Assembly: GCA_965213675.1 (NCBI GenBank) | Contig: OZ243916.1 | Span: forward strand, 1,536,001-1,600,000 | Direction of reading: 5' to 3' | DNA: 64,000 nt | Origin: an uncultured Candidatus Binatia bacterium | Lineage (GTDB): Bacteria > Desulfobacterota > Binatia > UBA9968 > JAJDTQ01 | Shown here: in pieces, positions 12,001-21,960 of the stretch | How the letters are laid out: each line of letters starts with the position of its first letter | Numbering within the stretch: position 1 is the stretch's first letter | Position numbers and translations under genes: made by a program | Notes under the pieces: generated by a model | The model's input: only the letters and a program-made list of their open reading frames with translations | Database searches by the model: none | Told to the model about the DNA's origin: nothing

Positions 12001-13773
12001 GCGGGCGGGAACGTCTCGCTCCACCTTGACCAGGGGCGGGTCGAAAACGAGGCCGCCACCCGCCAGGTTGTCGGTGACGATGACGGTGACGTCGCCGCCC
12101 CGGGTATTGCCGGGCCAGCCGGTGATGGCGTGGCTGACGGTGACGGTCTCGTTGTCGCTGTTGCCGTCCGGTATTGGCATCACCGTGACGGTCTGCGCCG
12201 TGGACCAGGTGCCGCCGCCGCCCCCGGTGAAGGTGAAGCTCTGTGGCGAGACCATGGCTCCGGGAATTTCCTGGGCGAAGTTCCCAGCGGTGGCGACCGA
12301 GGCGTTGACGGTGACCGTGCGTCCGCTGCCCGGATCGCGGCGCAGTTTCAGCGTGTATTGTCCGCTGCCCGATTCCGCGATGGAGAAACGCGGATTGCTG
12401 AATTCGATGGGATCGGCGTTGGCGCCGACGTTGCGGTACTGCACCAGCACCGAGGGCACGTCGACGCCGTTGTAGTCGGAATCCGCGGAGGTGACCGCAT
12501 GGGTGATGGTCACCGGGTTGCTGGCAAAGCCGCTGGTGCTGCCGAGGGAAAGCGAGACGGTCTGCGGCTTGTTCCAGTCGTTCGGGTTGATCGTTACGCT
12601 AGAACCTGTGGCGATGCTCACCCGGGTGCTGTTGCTGCTCGAGAGCGCGATCGTGACCGGCGCGCTCGGCGGAGTGCCGAGACGCAGGGTGTAGTCGCTG
12701 CGTGTGCCCCGCCCCTGGTTGCGGTAGAACGTGTGGTACTGGCGGCTGACCACCACGCCGGCGCCGTCATCGTCGGTGACGCTCACGCCTACGGCGCCGC
12801 CCTGGGTCGTGCTGCCGAGCCCGCTGATGGCGTGATAGACGAACAGGGACTCGTCGCTGCCGTCGTCGTCCGTCACCGGGGTGACGGTGACGCGCCGGGG
12901 CGTCTGCCAGGAGCCCATGTTGCCGCCGGTGAAGGTGAGGGTGGCCGGTGACACGGTGGCGGCGCCGGGATCGCTTGACGTCACGCTGACCGTCACCGTG
13001 TTGCCGTTGCCCGGATCGTTGTTCAGCGCCGTGCGGTACACGCCGGGGGCGCCGTCTTCGCTGAGCCGCACAGGGATGCCATCGAAATCGAGCGGGTGTG
13101 TTGCGTTGCCGGGGGTAATGGTCAGCGGCGCGGAGATGTCGATCCATTCGCTCTGCACGCTGCTGAGGTGCTCGCTGTACATCTCGCCGTCGTCCGGGTC
13201 GAGATAGGTCAGCAGCTCCCGTTTGACGGTCAGTGCGGCGGCAACGTTGCCGGTCAGGGGCGCATCCGCCCCGGAAACGGTGATGTGCACCGTGCGATGG
13301 CCGTTGCCCGTGCCGACGCCGTGCACGTTCTGGAAGGGGTTGTCGATGGTCGCGGCGGTCACTCGCATCCCCGCCGGCGCACCGACAAGGACGATGGCAT
13401 CGAGGAACTTCTGGGTCGGCTGCCCACCCTGGCCGAAGTATCCCCGGTAGAAGGTATTCGCGGTGATGAGGCTGGATAGCTCGGAGCCGATGAAGGCCGA
13501 GTATTGCGGCTGCAACGTGATCCCTCCACCATCGGCGGAGATCGAGGAGACGTTGATGCTGAGGGAATAGGGTGGAATCGGGTTTTGGCCCACAGCGGCA
13601 GTTGGGAGAACCGCAAGAAGCCAAAGAGCGCACAAGAAGATGACGGCGGGAGTCGCGGCGGACCTAAGGTTTCTGATAAACGGCGGCTCTTCGCCCGGCG
13701 CGGCTGCGGCGCGAGTCAACCACCGGGCCACTAGCAGCCCAATGAAACCGAGACCATCCATTGAAATGACCAT
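1..13773 (-). CDS. Giant secreted repeat protein / putative adhesin with Calx-beta- and cadherin-like beta-sandwich modules (>4,590 aa, 3' end outside window)
   Basis: No stop-terminated ORF is listed in this minus-strand frame, so it is open from ATG 13773 (alternative ATG 13761) to the window edge; upstream in-frame stop at 13846-13848. The N-terminus reads MVISMDGLGF...VIFLCALWLLAVLPTAAVG-QNPIPPY (signal-peptide-like). The body is T/V/G/A/D-rich with recurring motifs such as TIDDDD, GRALVxGETL, GTDYxL, NWxxxQxVTV and DEPxGSxTVTL. Confidence 0.9.
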   Translation of the reverse strand, partial: MVISMDGLGFIGLLVARWLTRAAAAPGEEPPFIRNLRSAATPAVIFLCALWLLAVLPTAAVGQNPIPPYSLSINVSSISADGGGITLQPQYSAFIGSELSSLITANTFYRGYFGQGGQPTQKFLDAIVLVGAPAGMRVTAATIDNPFQNVHGVGTGNGHRTVHITVSGADAPLTGNVAAALTVKRELLTYLDPDDGEMYSEHLSSVQSEWIDISAPLTITPGNATHPLDFDGIPVRLSEDGAPGVYRTALNNDPGNGNTVTVSVTSSDPGAATVSPATLTFTGGNMGSWQTPRRVTVTPVTDDDGSDESLFVYHAISGLGSTTQGGAVGVSVTDDDGAGVVVSRQYHTFYRNQGRGTRSDYTLRLGTPPSAPVTIALSSSNSTRVSIATGSSVTINPNDWNKPQTVSLSLGSTSGFASNPVTITHAVTSADSDYNGVDVPSVLVQYRNVGANADPIEFSNPRFSIAESGSGQYTLKLRRDPGSGRTVTVNASVATAGNFAQEIPGAMVSPQSFTFTGGGGGTWSTAQTVTVMPIPDGNSDNETVTVSHAITGWPGNTRGGDVTVIVTDNLAGGGLVFDPPLVKVERDVPARYSVRLKTKPVARRWVVDQLGSYYEERYTEVDVRISSQSLNTVRPHPVGQFPGLEFNTNNWNVPQWVSIEHGGNDGTTTLVHTTSVNYDEFVDGQFTALEDESYRNLSIELTAQAQPSTTVSTEPRATLSVSPTTVAEGGSLRVRVSLEGGTAPTSAKIIPLIYTNGSAADADYTAVGTARILANQRSATVTVAVADDSFFEDDETFTIALGEMPFGIRPPGSAQTSSVDITISANDKPEIGIAADTAEVTEGNTAGFTITASNASQTDIDVGLTVSRTGAYVAVGDTGGKTVTLPAGQTTLDYDITTDELASDDPSGSVRIALGASSNYSVDSAAASGQVVIRDTDATTVALASGAGNIAEAAGETPITVTLGRGLVAGEALSLPLTIGGTAVRDTDYTIAEPATLPAGVTYDAGNATPTITFTGPNSGESASSATLTLTAVQDAFDEGAGETVSFTLPALDANSGTGLDGGVSGSGSATVTIDDDDAEPEVSIQGPSSALTEGDAAAFTISVDGSAAQDLTIGFSVSQTGAFVNASAIGNKTLSVASGTSSVTHTVATIADSNDEPSGSLTITLTDGTGYQIASGAGSASVALTDDDATGVTLSGSGSAISETSGSKTVSVGIDRGLVNGETLRLPLTLGGTATLGTDYSLSAPSPIPTGVTYANLGSTDPVNSPPTIVFTGPTSGATAASTTLILRATPDNRDEGTSESVTIALPNLDANSGTGLDAGASGSGSVSFNINDDDDEPVISLTRQGGSGAITEGEQVTYSISANRPSDSDLTITLNLNDGGDFLAAADQGQKELVLEAGETSLSYTMTTTSDVTDEPSARVGPTLVTGTGYTNHGTQNAALVTVNDDDATLVTLTVPSGNISETGGTKTLTLTLPRALVSNESLPVPLGFAGNAAFGTDYTLAEPNSRPAGVSYSNLTSSNPATSPPTVTFSGQSGGGATSATVILRATSDTLVETNESLSVGLGTLNASTGSNLHGGARGTGSGSFAITDGTGSPEIRVTAGAAAVEGMAAQFTVRSSATSTRSLRVNLSAAQSGSFVAGAELGAGKSVVIPAGETSATYSVPTLSDGVDEANGAVTLTLASGTGYSVSSSAGSASVTVTDDDSTTVTLASSDTTATEGSTTETGAFTVTLGRALVSGESLQVPLRADGASDTQYTLALTTATGIALSNNRDLTFTGGTSAALTATVTYQANADGDKNSETVRFSIPGSTSGSPRMTATGLGGGVVGSGSALVVVTDTGESGRGRVEVQPTSLTIAEGGSRTYRMALGTDPGSGATVEITPASDNPDVTISPTSLSFTGGADGNWSTWQRVTVAAAEDADTAADNVTLSHTISGYAGVTSVSNVSVSVTEAGAGFLVSAARVDVVAGQSVDYRIRLTSQPAGNVVLDLTSGDTTIATVPSSVTIPSANWQSGVAVTVTGVAAGAASISHAHATTTDSGYASATLPGDLAVNVFAAAPPVITVESNANANGVTEGVDASFTINASPAPASDLVVSFTVEQNGDFATGALPTSVTISTTDTGSALVLIPTTQDTTDEPDGSFILTLQPGAGYSLGGDSSATVPVTDNDLTTVKLSTGSTRIAETGGGQTFIVQLDRSLVAGESVSAPLSLGGTASLGTDYRLHPLAGSSGIRYEGLATASPTVVFTGGPNSSVLATVTVRAVSDLVDDDDETVIVTLGTPTSTGLGGGASSAGATPATFRIVDDDGDTQPTVSIAPDSGVTEGTPASFTVSVSPALAADANNLTVNLNVGQMGDYVASGDRGMKQVTINAGSGMATYNVPTAPDSQDEAAGSVTVNVDPGSGYQVSGSSASASVAVADNDNTDVTLSAAAGNISEASGAKEIKLTLGRALVSGETLTQRLTFGGTATFGADYTLAAPSPLPSGVSFSNLGSSNLSASPPTVVFTGGTGASRVATLTLTATQDTTVEAAGETITVSRGTTAQTGLGGVAGGGSVASFRIVDDDSAAAVPELSITAGSGVTEGGNAAFTIDSTQAAPSSGLRVTYTLSQQGEFVASAAVGSGKTVTIPAGQSSVIHRIATTADSMDEAKGSLTVSLASGTGYTVSTSAGVASLEVEDNDPTGVALSASSSAIPETGGVKRVTLTLGRALVSGEVLAVPITLSGAAGASDYSLGQPASPPAGVTYALSGNAPRITFNGSNGAPRRATFTLSATSDLVDEGEAESVTIGLGSPTASGTGLAGGASGSGSATFDITDDDGTPVIRIEGGNRVAEGSNAVFMLKASPAPQQALTINLNVTDDSVADFVASGNQGNQTVQIPAHTTTKTYEVATVNDSNDEPRGEVTVTVASGTGYTPAQSAASDTVRVSDNDRTTVTLSLPDSTATESSASDTATVRLALPRALVSGESVSAALSFRGGRIGREFSLSPPSPLPSGVAYDLAASPPTVTFNGGAGASSAATILVSALADTDETDGSVNVRLGTIAPTGLDGGAGGTGSGSIQLTDAGAQPAVDVDMDSLSVNEGATVSYRVKLHTNPGSGTVTVTPQSGDSTRLTVPGALSFNTGNWSNWQPVNLTSLADADLTDDDVTVTHTVSGYGSVTTAPSVTVSIIDGGAGVTVNPTALSVNEGANGSYSVRLNSRPSASVTITPTSGDTVTATVGNAVTFAPAEWSSAKSIQVSGVNGGQARISHSVSSTDTAYAAVTPSPVDVTVTGTARVRVSALAITAVEHGAAGTYDVWLNTDPGAAVTVTPQTTSSAIALSAALSFNSSNFRVPQRVTVTANTDSNTTSESATITHAVSGYSGVNQGPVVAVTVQDAGSRILVSPTSLTVKEGTSTSYTLTSTTEPTSNVTVTPTGLGGRITVSPSPVTFGPGRGLTQQVTVQGVAAGSVTLNHRIAASNPNSSFWRVSVPSVSVRVTPADAVIVSPINLAASEGGTATYYVELASDPGGAVTVTPASSDTGAATVSGAVSFNSSNWDAPRSVTVTAVQDDDGNHENVTISHQVSGYTGVSSAPSVTLFVGDDEFRPTASVQAGTGGNRTEGQAVTFDFSAPDITSDVTLHYNVSATGGYVASGDLGAKTLTVPAGGATPGAASISVATLADSIDEPAGTVTVTLSNHADYTVSATAGSATRIVDDNDRGSATLAAPAGNIAEDGGSKTLTLTLNRALVAGESVALKLAFSGKASLGTDFILAAPSAAPSGVSYALEGATPTVTFTGSSAASATVILNAEDDSRHEGTGESVSVSLSEIQSADISGLGGGMSVSGSRAFTILDDDKLGLPQASITPSSNNTVAEGGFANFTITMNRAPAKRISVQVTLSDAPDSDFLSATLEVPYDLTMAAGRTTATLPILTNGDSVDEPSGAIRARVTGGGESAGYDPGTPNVAEVTIIDNDRSSVTLETPDASAMEGDSSDTASISLTLNRGLASGESLKVPLRFSGGVPGTDFTLACPSPLPTGIACADLGNANAAVTFTGPAAGVTATSVTLTLTVSNDQDANHERVTVSIPASTNGNPGLTASGLDGGVRGARTGSGQIALIDDDTPPPPNVSLSVNNSGAVTEGGTLTVTAEVSAAPSGQLIRIPVQRLAASSTAEAGDYTLAANITIASGATTGTATLTARRDNDDEITETLRIELGSPPDGYINSADSGIDINITDDTATDVTLTTPDTNAAEADANDTAEIRITLGRGLEGSESLIVPLQFSGGTLGTDFNLALSGTPAGVTFDSATGELTFAGPTTSATVASVLLTAAVDDNAGDDIVTVSIPTSSSAGTPRLTATNLDGGAAGGRTGNGRITLKDAGLNVRTVGWAATTLTTTETAAAGTVNVALSSADTAALTFRVCLTDGTATLGSDYQGVITAADRCTGAGGNADFTIAASDTTESVSFKSVVDTVDEPDETYSATITLPTPVAGLGISPATMDVTIRDDDPTLVSLARTGSGAINEGGMVEFTVTLGRALVTGETIDVPLPIGGTGVNTGDWSMAKKAGANTGITLLDTNSATPTVRFSGAGAQTATLELASIADGIGEGSGETYAIALGS

Positions 13774-13814
13774 CCGGGAAAAAACCCATCCTGTACGAAC
13801 CGCTACCCGTCTCT

Positions 13815-13824
13815 CCCCCCCCCC
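13815..13824 (-). repeat. G10 homopolymer (C10 on + strand) upstream of the giant adhesin start
   Basis: Ten consecutive C at 13815-13824, about 42-51 nt upstream of ATG 13773. Confidence 0.85.
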
Positions 13825-13846
13825 GCAAATCTTCTTGTCGCTTGGT

Positions 13847-13859
13847 TATCAACACCTTG
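13847..13859 (+). promoter_or_regulatory. Putative IHF-binding site
   Basis: TATCAACACCTTG matches the consensus WATCAANNNNTTR exactly, in an AT-rich intergenic stretch. Confidence 0.4.
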
Positions 13860-13878
13860 GACTCAAGGGAAACAATTG

Positions 13879-13907
13879 AATACATCACACAAGATACATG
13901 TTGTCAA
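13879..13907 (-). promoter_or_regulatory. Putative sigma70-type promoter for the giant adhesin
   Basis: Minus strand TTGACA-17 nt-TGTATT; the -10 box is imperfect. Confidence 0.35.
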
Positions 13908-14045
13908 CAGGCTTTGCCCAAGGGATTCGGAAAAGTCAACCACTTTCACAAACGTCCCATCCAGGCGTCGCTTCCCTCGAAGGCGACGACCTGCGCGTAG
14001 GCGAAGGAACCTGGGGATCGAACTTGGAAATCTATCCGACGTGAG

Positions 14046-15542
<1,497 letters not shown>

Positions 15543-15579
15543 GGCAATCCGGAGACTTCTCTTGGGAACGTCCCCTTAC

Positions 15580-15605
15580 TCTCAAGTCATTCTCTCAAGT
15601 CATTC
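15580..15605. repeat. 13-bp tandem duplication (TCTCAAGTCATTC x2) between gltB and gltD
   Basis: Read directly from the sequence. Confidence 0.8.
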
Positions 15606-15795
15606 TCAGGTCGTTGAGGAAACTCTGACGTTTGGGTTACAGGAACCATTCCGTGCGTTGGGGTGGCTTCCCGACGAACCGGACAGGCTCCCAGAAGCTT
15701 GCGCCGCAGGAATTCGCGAAAGCTTGCCCTCGACCCCGATCAGGGGCGGGAAGCCAGGCGGAGCGTCTTTCAGCTTCTGCAACATCGGGGTGAAC

Positions 15796-18700
15796 TCAAG
15801 CCAGGGCGGACGCCGCCGCTCCCACGGGCTCGACCTGGCGCGCGGCCATCTCCCGCAACGCCCGGCGGTAGTCCACCGGCATGACCTTCACGAACGATTC
15901 CTGAAGCTCGGACCAGCGCTCCAGCACGTATGCGCCGCGGTCGCTGCCGGTGCAGCGCACGTGGGCTTCGATGAGACGGCGCACGTGGGCGATGTCGTCG
16001 TCATCGTCCAGGGGCTCAAGGTCCACCATCTGCCGGTTGCACAGGCCGGGGAACGCGCCCTCTTCGTCCAGCACGTAGGCGATGCCGCCGCTCATGCCAG
16101 CGGCGAAGTTGCGCCCCACCGGGCCGATCACCACCACGCGGCCGCCGGTCATGTACTCGCAGCCGTGGTCGCCGACACCCTCGATGACCGTCTCGGCGCC
16201 GCTGTTGCGCACCGCGAAGCGCTCCCCGGCGCGGCCGCGGAAGAAGGCCTGGCCGCCGGTGGCGCCGTACAGCGCCACGTTGCCGATGATGATGTTCTCG
16301 GTGGGATTGAACGCGGCGTTGGCCGGTGGGTACACCGCCATGAGCCCGCCCGACAGTCCCTTGCCGGTGTAGTCGTTGGATTCGCCTTCCAGGAACAGCG
16401 AGACCCCCGGCGCCAGGAATGCCCCGAAGCTTTGTCCCGCCGAGCCGGAGAGGTTGACGTGGATGGTGTCCGGCGGCAGGCCGTCCTCGCCGTAACGGCG
16501 CGACACCTCGGCGCTCAGCAAAGTGCCGGCGGTACGGTCGATGTTGTGGATCTCGTGATGAATCACCACCGGCTTGCGCTCTTCCAACGCATCCCGGGCC
16601 GCCTCGATGAGCCGCTGATCGAGCTTGGCGTCAAGGCCGTGGTCCTGGGTCTGGCAACAGTAGCGCGCCACCGAGGACGGCGCCTCCACCAGCGCCAGCA
16701 GCTTCGAGAAGTCCAGTCCCCTGGCCTTCCAGTGGTCGATGGCCGCACGCGTGTCGAGGCAGTCGGCGCGCCCCACCATCTCGTTGACCGTGCGGAACCC
16801 CAGCTCGGCCATGATCTCGCGCATCTGCTCGGCAATGAAGGTCATGAAGGCAACCACGTGCTCGGGCTTGCCGGTAAACTTCTTGCGCAACTCCTCGTCC
16901 TGGGTGGCCACGCCCACCGAACAGGTGTTCAAGTGACACTTGCGCAGCATGATGCAGCCGCTCACCACCAGCGCGGTGGTGGCGAAGCCGAACTCCTCGG
17001 CCCCCAGCATGCAAGCGATGGCCACGTCCCGGCCGGTCTTGAGCTGGCCGTCGGTCTGCACCACGATGCGGCCGCGCAGGTCGTTCTGCACCAGCACCTG
17101 CTGCGTCTCCGCCACACCCAGCTCCCAGGGAATGCCCGCGTGCTTCATGGAGGACTCCGGCGACGCGCCGGTGCCGCCGTCGTAGCCGCTGATGAGCACC
17201 ACGTCGGCCTTGCCCTTGGAGACCCCGGCCGCCACCGTGCCTACCCCCACCTCGGCCACGAGCTTTACGTGGATGCGCGCGCGGTGGTTGGCGCACTTGA
17301 GGTCGTGGATGAGCTGGGCCAGGTCTTCGATGGAATAGATGTCGTGGTGCGGCGGCGGCGAGATGAGCCCCACCCCCGGTGTGGACTTGCGCACCTTGGC
17401 AATGGGCTCGAACACCTTGTGGCCCGGCAACTGCCCGCCCTCGCCGGGCTTGGCGCCCTGGGCCATCTTGATCTGCAGGTCGGAGCAATTCACCAGATAG
17501 TTGCTCGTGACACCGAAGCGTCCGGACGCCACCTGCTTGATGGCGCTGTTGCGCCAGTCGCCGTTCTCGTCCGGGTGGTAGCGGTCCGGGTCCTCGCCGC
17601 CCTCACCGGAGTTGCTGCGCCCGCCGATGCGGTTCATGGCGATGGCCAGGTTCTCGTGCGCCTCCTTGCTGATGGAGCCGTAGGACATGGCGCCGGTGGA
17701 GAAACGCCGGACGATCTCGGACGCGGGCTCCACTTCCTCGATGGGCACCTCCGGCTGCATGGGCCGGAACTCGAACAGCCCCCGCAGCGTGCCCAGCAGG
17801 CGGGTCTGATCGTCGATCTGCTTCGTGTACTCGCGGAACAGATCGTAGTCCGCGGTGCGCGTGGAGTCCTGGAGCAACGCGATGGTGTGGGGGTTGAACA
17901 GGTGGTGCTCGCCGTCCTTGCGCCACTGGTAGTAGCCGCCCACGTCCAGGGTGCCGTTGCTCGCCACGGCGCGCTCGGGCCAGCCGTGGTGGTGGTGCTG
18001 CCGGTATTCCTGTTCGATCTCGTTCAGACCCACGCCCTCGACGCGCGACGCGGTCCAGGTGAAGTACTTGTCGATGACCGACTGCCTGAGGCCGATGGCC
18101 TCGAAGATCTGCGCGCCGTGATACGACTTGATGGTGGAGATGCCCATCTTCGACATGGTCTTGAGCACGCCCTTGCCCAGCGCCTTGATGACGTTGGCGC
18201 GGGCCTGGTCGCCGGGGATGTCCGCGTCGCCCAGCAGGCCGTCGCGGCACATCCACTCCACCGTCTCCAGGGTCAGATAGGGATTGATGGCGTTGGCGCC
18301 GTAGCCGATGAGCAGGCAGCAGTGCATCACCTCCCGGGCCTCGCCTGATTCCACCACCACGGCGGCGCTGGTGCGCAGCCCCTCGCGGATGAGGTAGTGG
18401 TGCACGGCCGCGGTGGCCAGCAGGCTGGGAATCTGGATCGTGTCCGGCCCCACGCCCCGGTCGGACAGAACCAGCACCGTGGCGCCGCGCTCCTTGATGG
18501 CGCGGCCGGCTTCCATGCACAGGGCGTCCACGGCCTCCTCCAGCGCCCCCGCCGGAGCGGAGCGGGAGAACACGGCCGGCAGCGTCTCGGCCTTGAGTCC
18601 CGGACGGTCGAGCGCCTTGATGCGAGCCAGCTCGCGGTTGGAGATCATCGGCCGGTCGAGCTGGAGCTGGCGGCAATGTTCCGGAGTCTCGGCGAAGAGG

Positions 18701-20355
18701 TCCTGCTCGGAGCCGATGGAGGTCCGCAGCGCCGTTACCAGCTCCTCGCGGATGGCGTCCAGCGGCGGATTGGTCACCTGGGCGAAGAGCTGCTTGAAAT
18801 AGTGGAACAGCAACTGCGGCTTGTTGGACAGCACCGCCAGCGGCGCGTCGTTGCCCATGGAGCCCACCGGCTCCTCGCCGCGCATCGCCATGGGACCGAT
18901 GAGAATCTTCAGTTCCTCGGTGGTGTAGCCGAAGGCGCGCTGCCGTTCCGGGAGGGTCTCCGGGTCGTACCCAGGAGACGCCACGGGTTCGGGCAAATCG
19001 TCCAGCGTGATCATTTCCCGGTCGAGCCACTGGCGGTAGGGCCGGCGCGTGCTGACCTGGTGCTTGATCTCGTCGTCGGCGATGATGCGCCCCTCCAGCG
19101 TGTCCACCAAAAGCAGGCGCCCCGGCTGCAACCGCCCGCGCATGAGGATGCGGTCCGCCGGCACGTCGAGCACGCCGGCCTCGGAGGCGCCGACAATGAA
19201 GTCGTCCCGGGTGACCACGTAGCGGAAGGGCCGCAATCCGTTCCGGTCCAGGGTGGTGCACACGCGGTCGCCGTCGCATGCGGCGATCAGCGCGGGGCCG
19301 TCCCACGGCTCCATGAGGCAGGCGTGGTAGGCGTAGAACGCCTTCTTCTCGTCCGACATGGTCTCATGGTTCTCCCACGCCTCGGGGATCATCATCATGA
19401 GGGCGTGGGGCAGCGAGCGGCCGGTGGACACCAGCAGTTCCAGAGCGTTGTCGAAGCCCGCGGTGTCGCTGGCTCCTTCGCGGATGATGGGGCTCAGCTT
19501 GGCCATGTCGTCGCCGAACAGCGGCGACGAGAACAACGCCTCCCGCGCCCGCATCCAGTTCTGGTTGCCCCGGATGGTGTTGATCTCGCCGTTGTGGCAC
19601 AGCATGCGGTAGGGGTGCGCCAGACGCCACGAGCCGAGCGTGTTGGTGCTGTAACGCGAATGCACGAGCGCCAAGGCCGAAATGATGGAGTCGTCGGACA
19701 GGTCCCCGTAGAAGGCATCCAGTTGATCGGCGCGCAGGAGCCCCTTGTACACCACCGTCTTGCTGGACAGGCTGGAGATGTAGAAGTCGTCGCGCACCTC
19801 GGGAGGGAGGCCCGCGTCCACGGCGTTCTCGATGGCCTTGCGGGTGACGTAGAGCTTGCGCTCGAACGCGTCCGGGGAAGCCGTCTCCGGGCCGGCGCCG
19901 ATGAAGAACTGCCGGATCAGCGGCGCCACCTGGGCGGCCAACTCGCCGCACTGGGTGAAATCCGCGGGCACGTCGCGCCAACCCAGAAATTCCTGACCCT
20001 CGTCCCGAACGGTTTGCTCCACCGCCTGTTCGCACCACCGGTGATGTCCGGTCTCCCGCGGCAGGAAAGCCATGCCGACACCGTAACCGCCCGGCTCCGG
20101 CAGCGCGATGCCCATGGGCTGGCACTGCCGCTGGAAGAAGGCGTGGGGGATCTGAAACAGAATGCCGGCGCCATCCCCTGTGCGCGGGTCGCAGCCGCAC
20201 GCACCCCGGTGCTCCAGGTTGATCAATACCTCGACGGCGCGACGGATGATGTCGTGGGTCCTGTGGCCGTTCAGGTTCGCCACGATGCCCACGCCGCAGG
20301 CGTCGTGGTCGTACGCGGGGTCGTATAGTCCTTGGAATTTGTGGTGCTTCGTCAT
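15796..20355 (-). CDS. gltB: Glutamate synthase large subunit
   Basis: HDACGVG N-terminal nucleophile site, [24 protein letters not shown]-x5-C-x4-C 3Fe-4S motif. Start placed at MTKHHK (20355) rather than the track's 20487. Confidence 0.97.
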   Translation of the reverse strand: MTKHHKFQGLYDPAYDHDACGVGIVANLNGHRTHDIIRRAVEVLINLEHRGACGCDPRTGDGAGILFQIPHAFFQRQCQPMGIALPEPGGYGVGMAFLPRETGHHRWCEQAVEQTVRDEGQEFLGWRDVPADFTQCGELAAQVAPLIRQFFIGAGPETASPDAFERKLYVTRKAIENAVDAGLPPEVRDDFYISSLSSKTVVYKGLLRADQLDAFYGDLSDDSIISALALVHSRYSTNTLGSWRLAHPYRMLCHNGEINTIRGNQNWMRAREALFSSPLFGDDMAKLSPIIREGASDTAGFDNALELLVSTGRSLPHALMMMIPEAWENHETMSDEKKAFYAYHACLMEPWDGPALIAACDGDRVCTTLDRNGLRPFRYVVTRDDFIVGASEAGVLDVPADRILMRGRLQPGRLLLVDTLEGRIIADDEIKHQVSTRRPYRQWLDREMITLDDLPEPVASPGYDPETLPERQRAFGYTTEELKILIGPMAMRGEEPVGSMGNDAPLAVLSNKPQLLFHYFKQLFAQVTNPPLDAIREELVTALRTSIGSEQDLFAETPEHCRQLQLDRPMISNRELARIKALDRPGLKAETLPAVFSRSAPAGALEEAVDALCMEAGRAIKERGATVLVLSDRGVGPDTIQIPSLLATAAVHHYLIREGLRTSAAVVVESGEAREVMHCCLLIGYGANAINPYLTLETVEWMCRDGLLGDADIPGDQARANVIKALGKGVLKTMSKMGISTIKSYHGAQIFEAIGLRQSVIDKYFTWTASRVEGVGLNEIEQEYRQHHHHGWPERAVASNGTLDVGGYYQWRKDGEHHLFNPHTIALLQDSTRTADYDLFREYTKQIDDQTRLLGTLRGLFEFRPMQPEVPIEEVEPASEIVRRFSTGAMSYGSISKEAHENLAIAMNRIGGRSNSGEGGEDPDRYHPDENGDWRNSAIKQVASGRFGVTSNYLVNCSDLQIKMAQGAKPGEGGQLPGHKVFEPIAKVRKSTPGVGLISPPPHHDIYSIEDLAQLIHDLKCANHRARIHVKLVAEVGVGTVAAGVSKGKADVVLISGYDGGTGASPESSMKHAGIPWELGVAETQQVLVQNDLRGRIVVQTDGQLKTGRDVAIACMLGAEEFGFATTALVVSGCIMLRKCHLNTCSVGVATQDEELRKKFTGKPEHVVAFMTFIAEQMREIMAELGFRTVNEMVGRADCLDTRAAIDHWKARGLDFSKLLALVEAPSSVARYCCQTQDHGLDAKLDQRLIEAARDALEERKPVVIHHEIHNIDRTAGTLLSAEVSRRYGEDGLPPDTIHVNLSGSAGQSFGAFLAPGVSLFLEGESNDYTGKGLSGGLMAVYPPANAAFNPTENIIIGNVALYGATGGQAFFRGRAGERFAVRNSGAETVIEGVGDHGCEYMTGGRVVVIGPVGRNFAAGMSGGIAYVLDEEGAFPGLCNRQMVDLEPLDDDDDIAHVRRLIEAHVRCTGSDRGAYVLERWSELQESFVKVMPVDYRRALREMAARQVEPVGAAASALA

Positions 20356-20517
20356 GTTCAACCGACCTCTGCGGAACGCGCCGGCACGTCCCAGGAGCAT
20401 GCCGCCGCTGCTCGAAACCATCGCGCTTACCACAAAACAGACCCGAATGCAGCCACCCCGCAACCCACGGAACGGCTGCGCGTGCAAGCCTGTGCAAGCA
20501 TGTTGGAGCGATCAGGA

Positions 20518-20543
20518 ATCTACTGCGAGGATCTACTGCGAGG
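20518..20543. repeat. 13-bp tandem duplication (ATCTACTGCGAGG x2) upstream of gltB
   Basis: Read directly from the sequence. Confidence 0.8.
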
Positions 20544-20763
20544 TCAGCGAAGTGCCGTGCCCTTGCGCGACACCACACCGAAGAAACGAAACGCGGTCCG
20601 CCGCGGTGAGCCCTCGATTGTTTCCGTCGATTTCACCGCAAACTTTAACAAGATGGAACGGTTTGCGCCATCGCGGTATACGAGAATACCCTAAGGAACA
20701 ACTGGGCAACTCAGCCTGACCGCTTTTCCTGGAGTTGTGACAACTGATCGGGAGAAACCCACC

Positions 20764-21960
20764 ATGACCTTGGATCTACCGACATTGCAGACTGCCGTAG
20801 CCGGCACGGCGGCAGCGTTCCGTTGCGTAACCACCTATCAGCCGGCGGGAGGCGCCGGCGACAAAGTCTTCCCCCCTACCTACGAAGGTGGAAGATACGC
20901 CACGGAGGAGCGAGTCGATCCCGCGACCGGCGAACACCGACCCTGTGTCCTTCTGGATTCCGTGCAGTCGCAGGCAAACCGCATGGAGTTGGCGTTGCTG
21001 GAAGCGCATCGCGCCGGCCAAGTAGCCCTTCCTCTGCTGGTGGCGCGCTTCGATCAGGAAGAACTGCTCAAAAAGTTCACAGTGACCAGCCTTGAAGCGC
21101 CTCACCGTATTGCGGATGCCCTTTTTCGCGACAGCCGCCTGGATGGAATGATCTTTCGCAAGTCAAAGAAGGGGCGAATCCTCGACACTGCAGACGTGCG
21201 GAACGCCACTGATCTGTTTGGTCTGTGTCCGACCGCTTTGGTGTTCGGACTGTGGGACTCGACCGGACCGCGTGGCGGGTTGGGCTGCAAGTTCCAACGG
21301 GCACTCGTGTCTGAAATAGTTGGGTACGACGCGGTGGCGGGGAAGAAGACGTCCAGCCGCATCGACCCTGCGGAGATCATGCGTAGCGCAGCTACGCTCT
21401 ACGAGCGCACGGCTGAAGGCGACGATGCGCCCCGCTGGACCTTGAACAAGGCGGACGGCAGGAAGCTCAAGACCGGACGGCCTTCGGAGGCCAACCACGG
21501 GAACGTCACTCCCACCATTGCGGATGGCGGATTCACCCTGTCGGGAGCCCGGCAAACGACAACCTTGTCGTTGGCGGTCTTGCGACGCCTCCGTTTTCCG
21601 CTCGATGGCGCCGCCACCTCGGACGCCGCTACCGATCTCGCCGCCCGCACCGCACTGGCTGCCATGGGCCTCGCCGCCGGTAGTCTGGCGCGCGTCGATA
21701 CCGACCTCCGTTCTCGCTGCCAACTGTTTGCGGAGCAAGCACCTGTGTGGGAATTGCTCGAGCGTCCTGGTGAAGTGCCACGACAATTTGAACACGGTCC
21801 CGAAGACGCGCTCGAACTGTTGGCGGAGGCGGTCAAGGTGGCCAAAGATGCCGGCCTGCCGTGGGAGGGCCAGATCGAATTGACTCCGTCGCCCGACTTG
21901 GTCGAACTGGTTCGGCGCAGCCAGGAACTGGCGAGCGCTTCGGAGGCGGAGCAAGGCTGA
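20764..21960 (+). CDS. csb1: Type I-G (I-U) Cas7 backbone subunit Csb1
   Basis: KVFPPTY, LLDSVQSQANRME, PHRIADA, PTALVFGLWDS, SRIDP motifs of Csb1; GGAG RBS before ATG 20764. Confidence 0.93.
   Translation: MTLDLPTLQTAVAGTAAAFRCVTTYQPAGGAGDKVFPPTYEGGRYATEERVDPATGEHRPCVLLDSVQSQANRMELALLEAHRAGQVALPLLVARFDQEELLKKFTVTSLEAPHRIADALFRDSRLDGMIFRKSKKGRILDTADVRNATDLFGLCPTALVFGLWDSTGPRGGLGCKFQRALVSEIVGYDAVAGKKTSSRIDPAEIMRSAATLYERTAEGDDAPRWTLNKADGRKLKTGRPSEANHGNVTPTIADGGFTLSGARQTTTLSLAVLRRLRFPLDGAATSDAATDLAARTALAAMGLAAGSLARVDTDLRSRCQLFAEQAPVWELLERPGEVPRQFEHGPEDALELLAEAVKVAKDAGLPWEGQIELTPSPDLVELVRRSQELASASEAEQG

Noticed and set aside
44-13633. Dozens of + strand and off-frame ORFs (e.g. 3427-5475, 11446-12951, 12767-13633)
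   Set aside because: Antisense or frame shadows of the giant minus-strand gene, as expected from high-GC codon bias.
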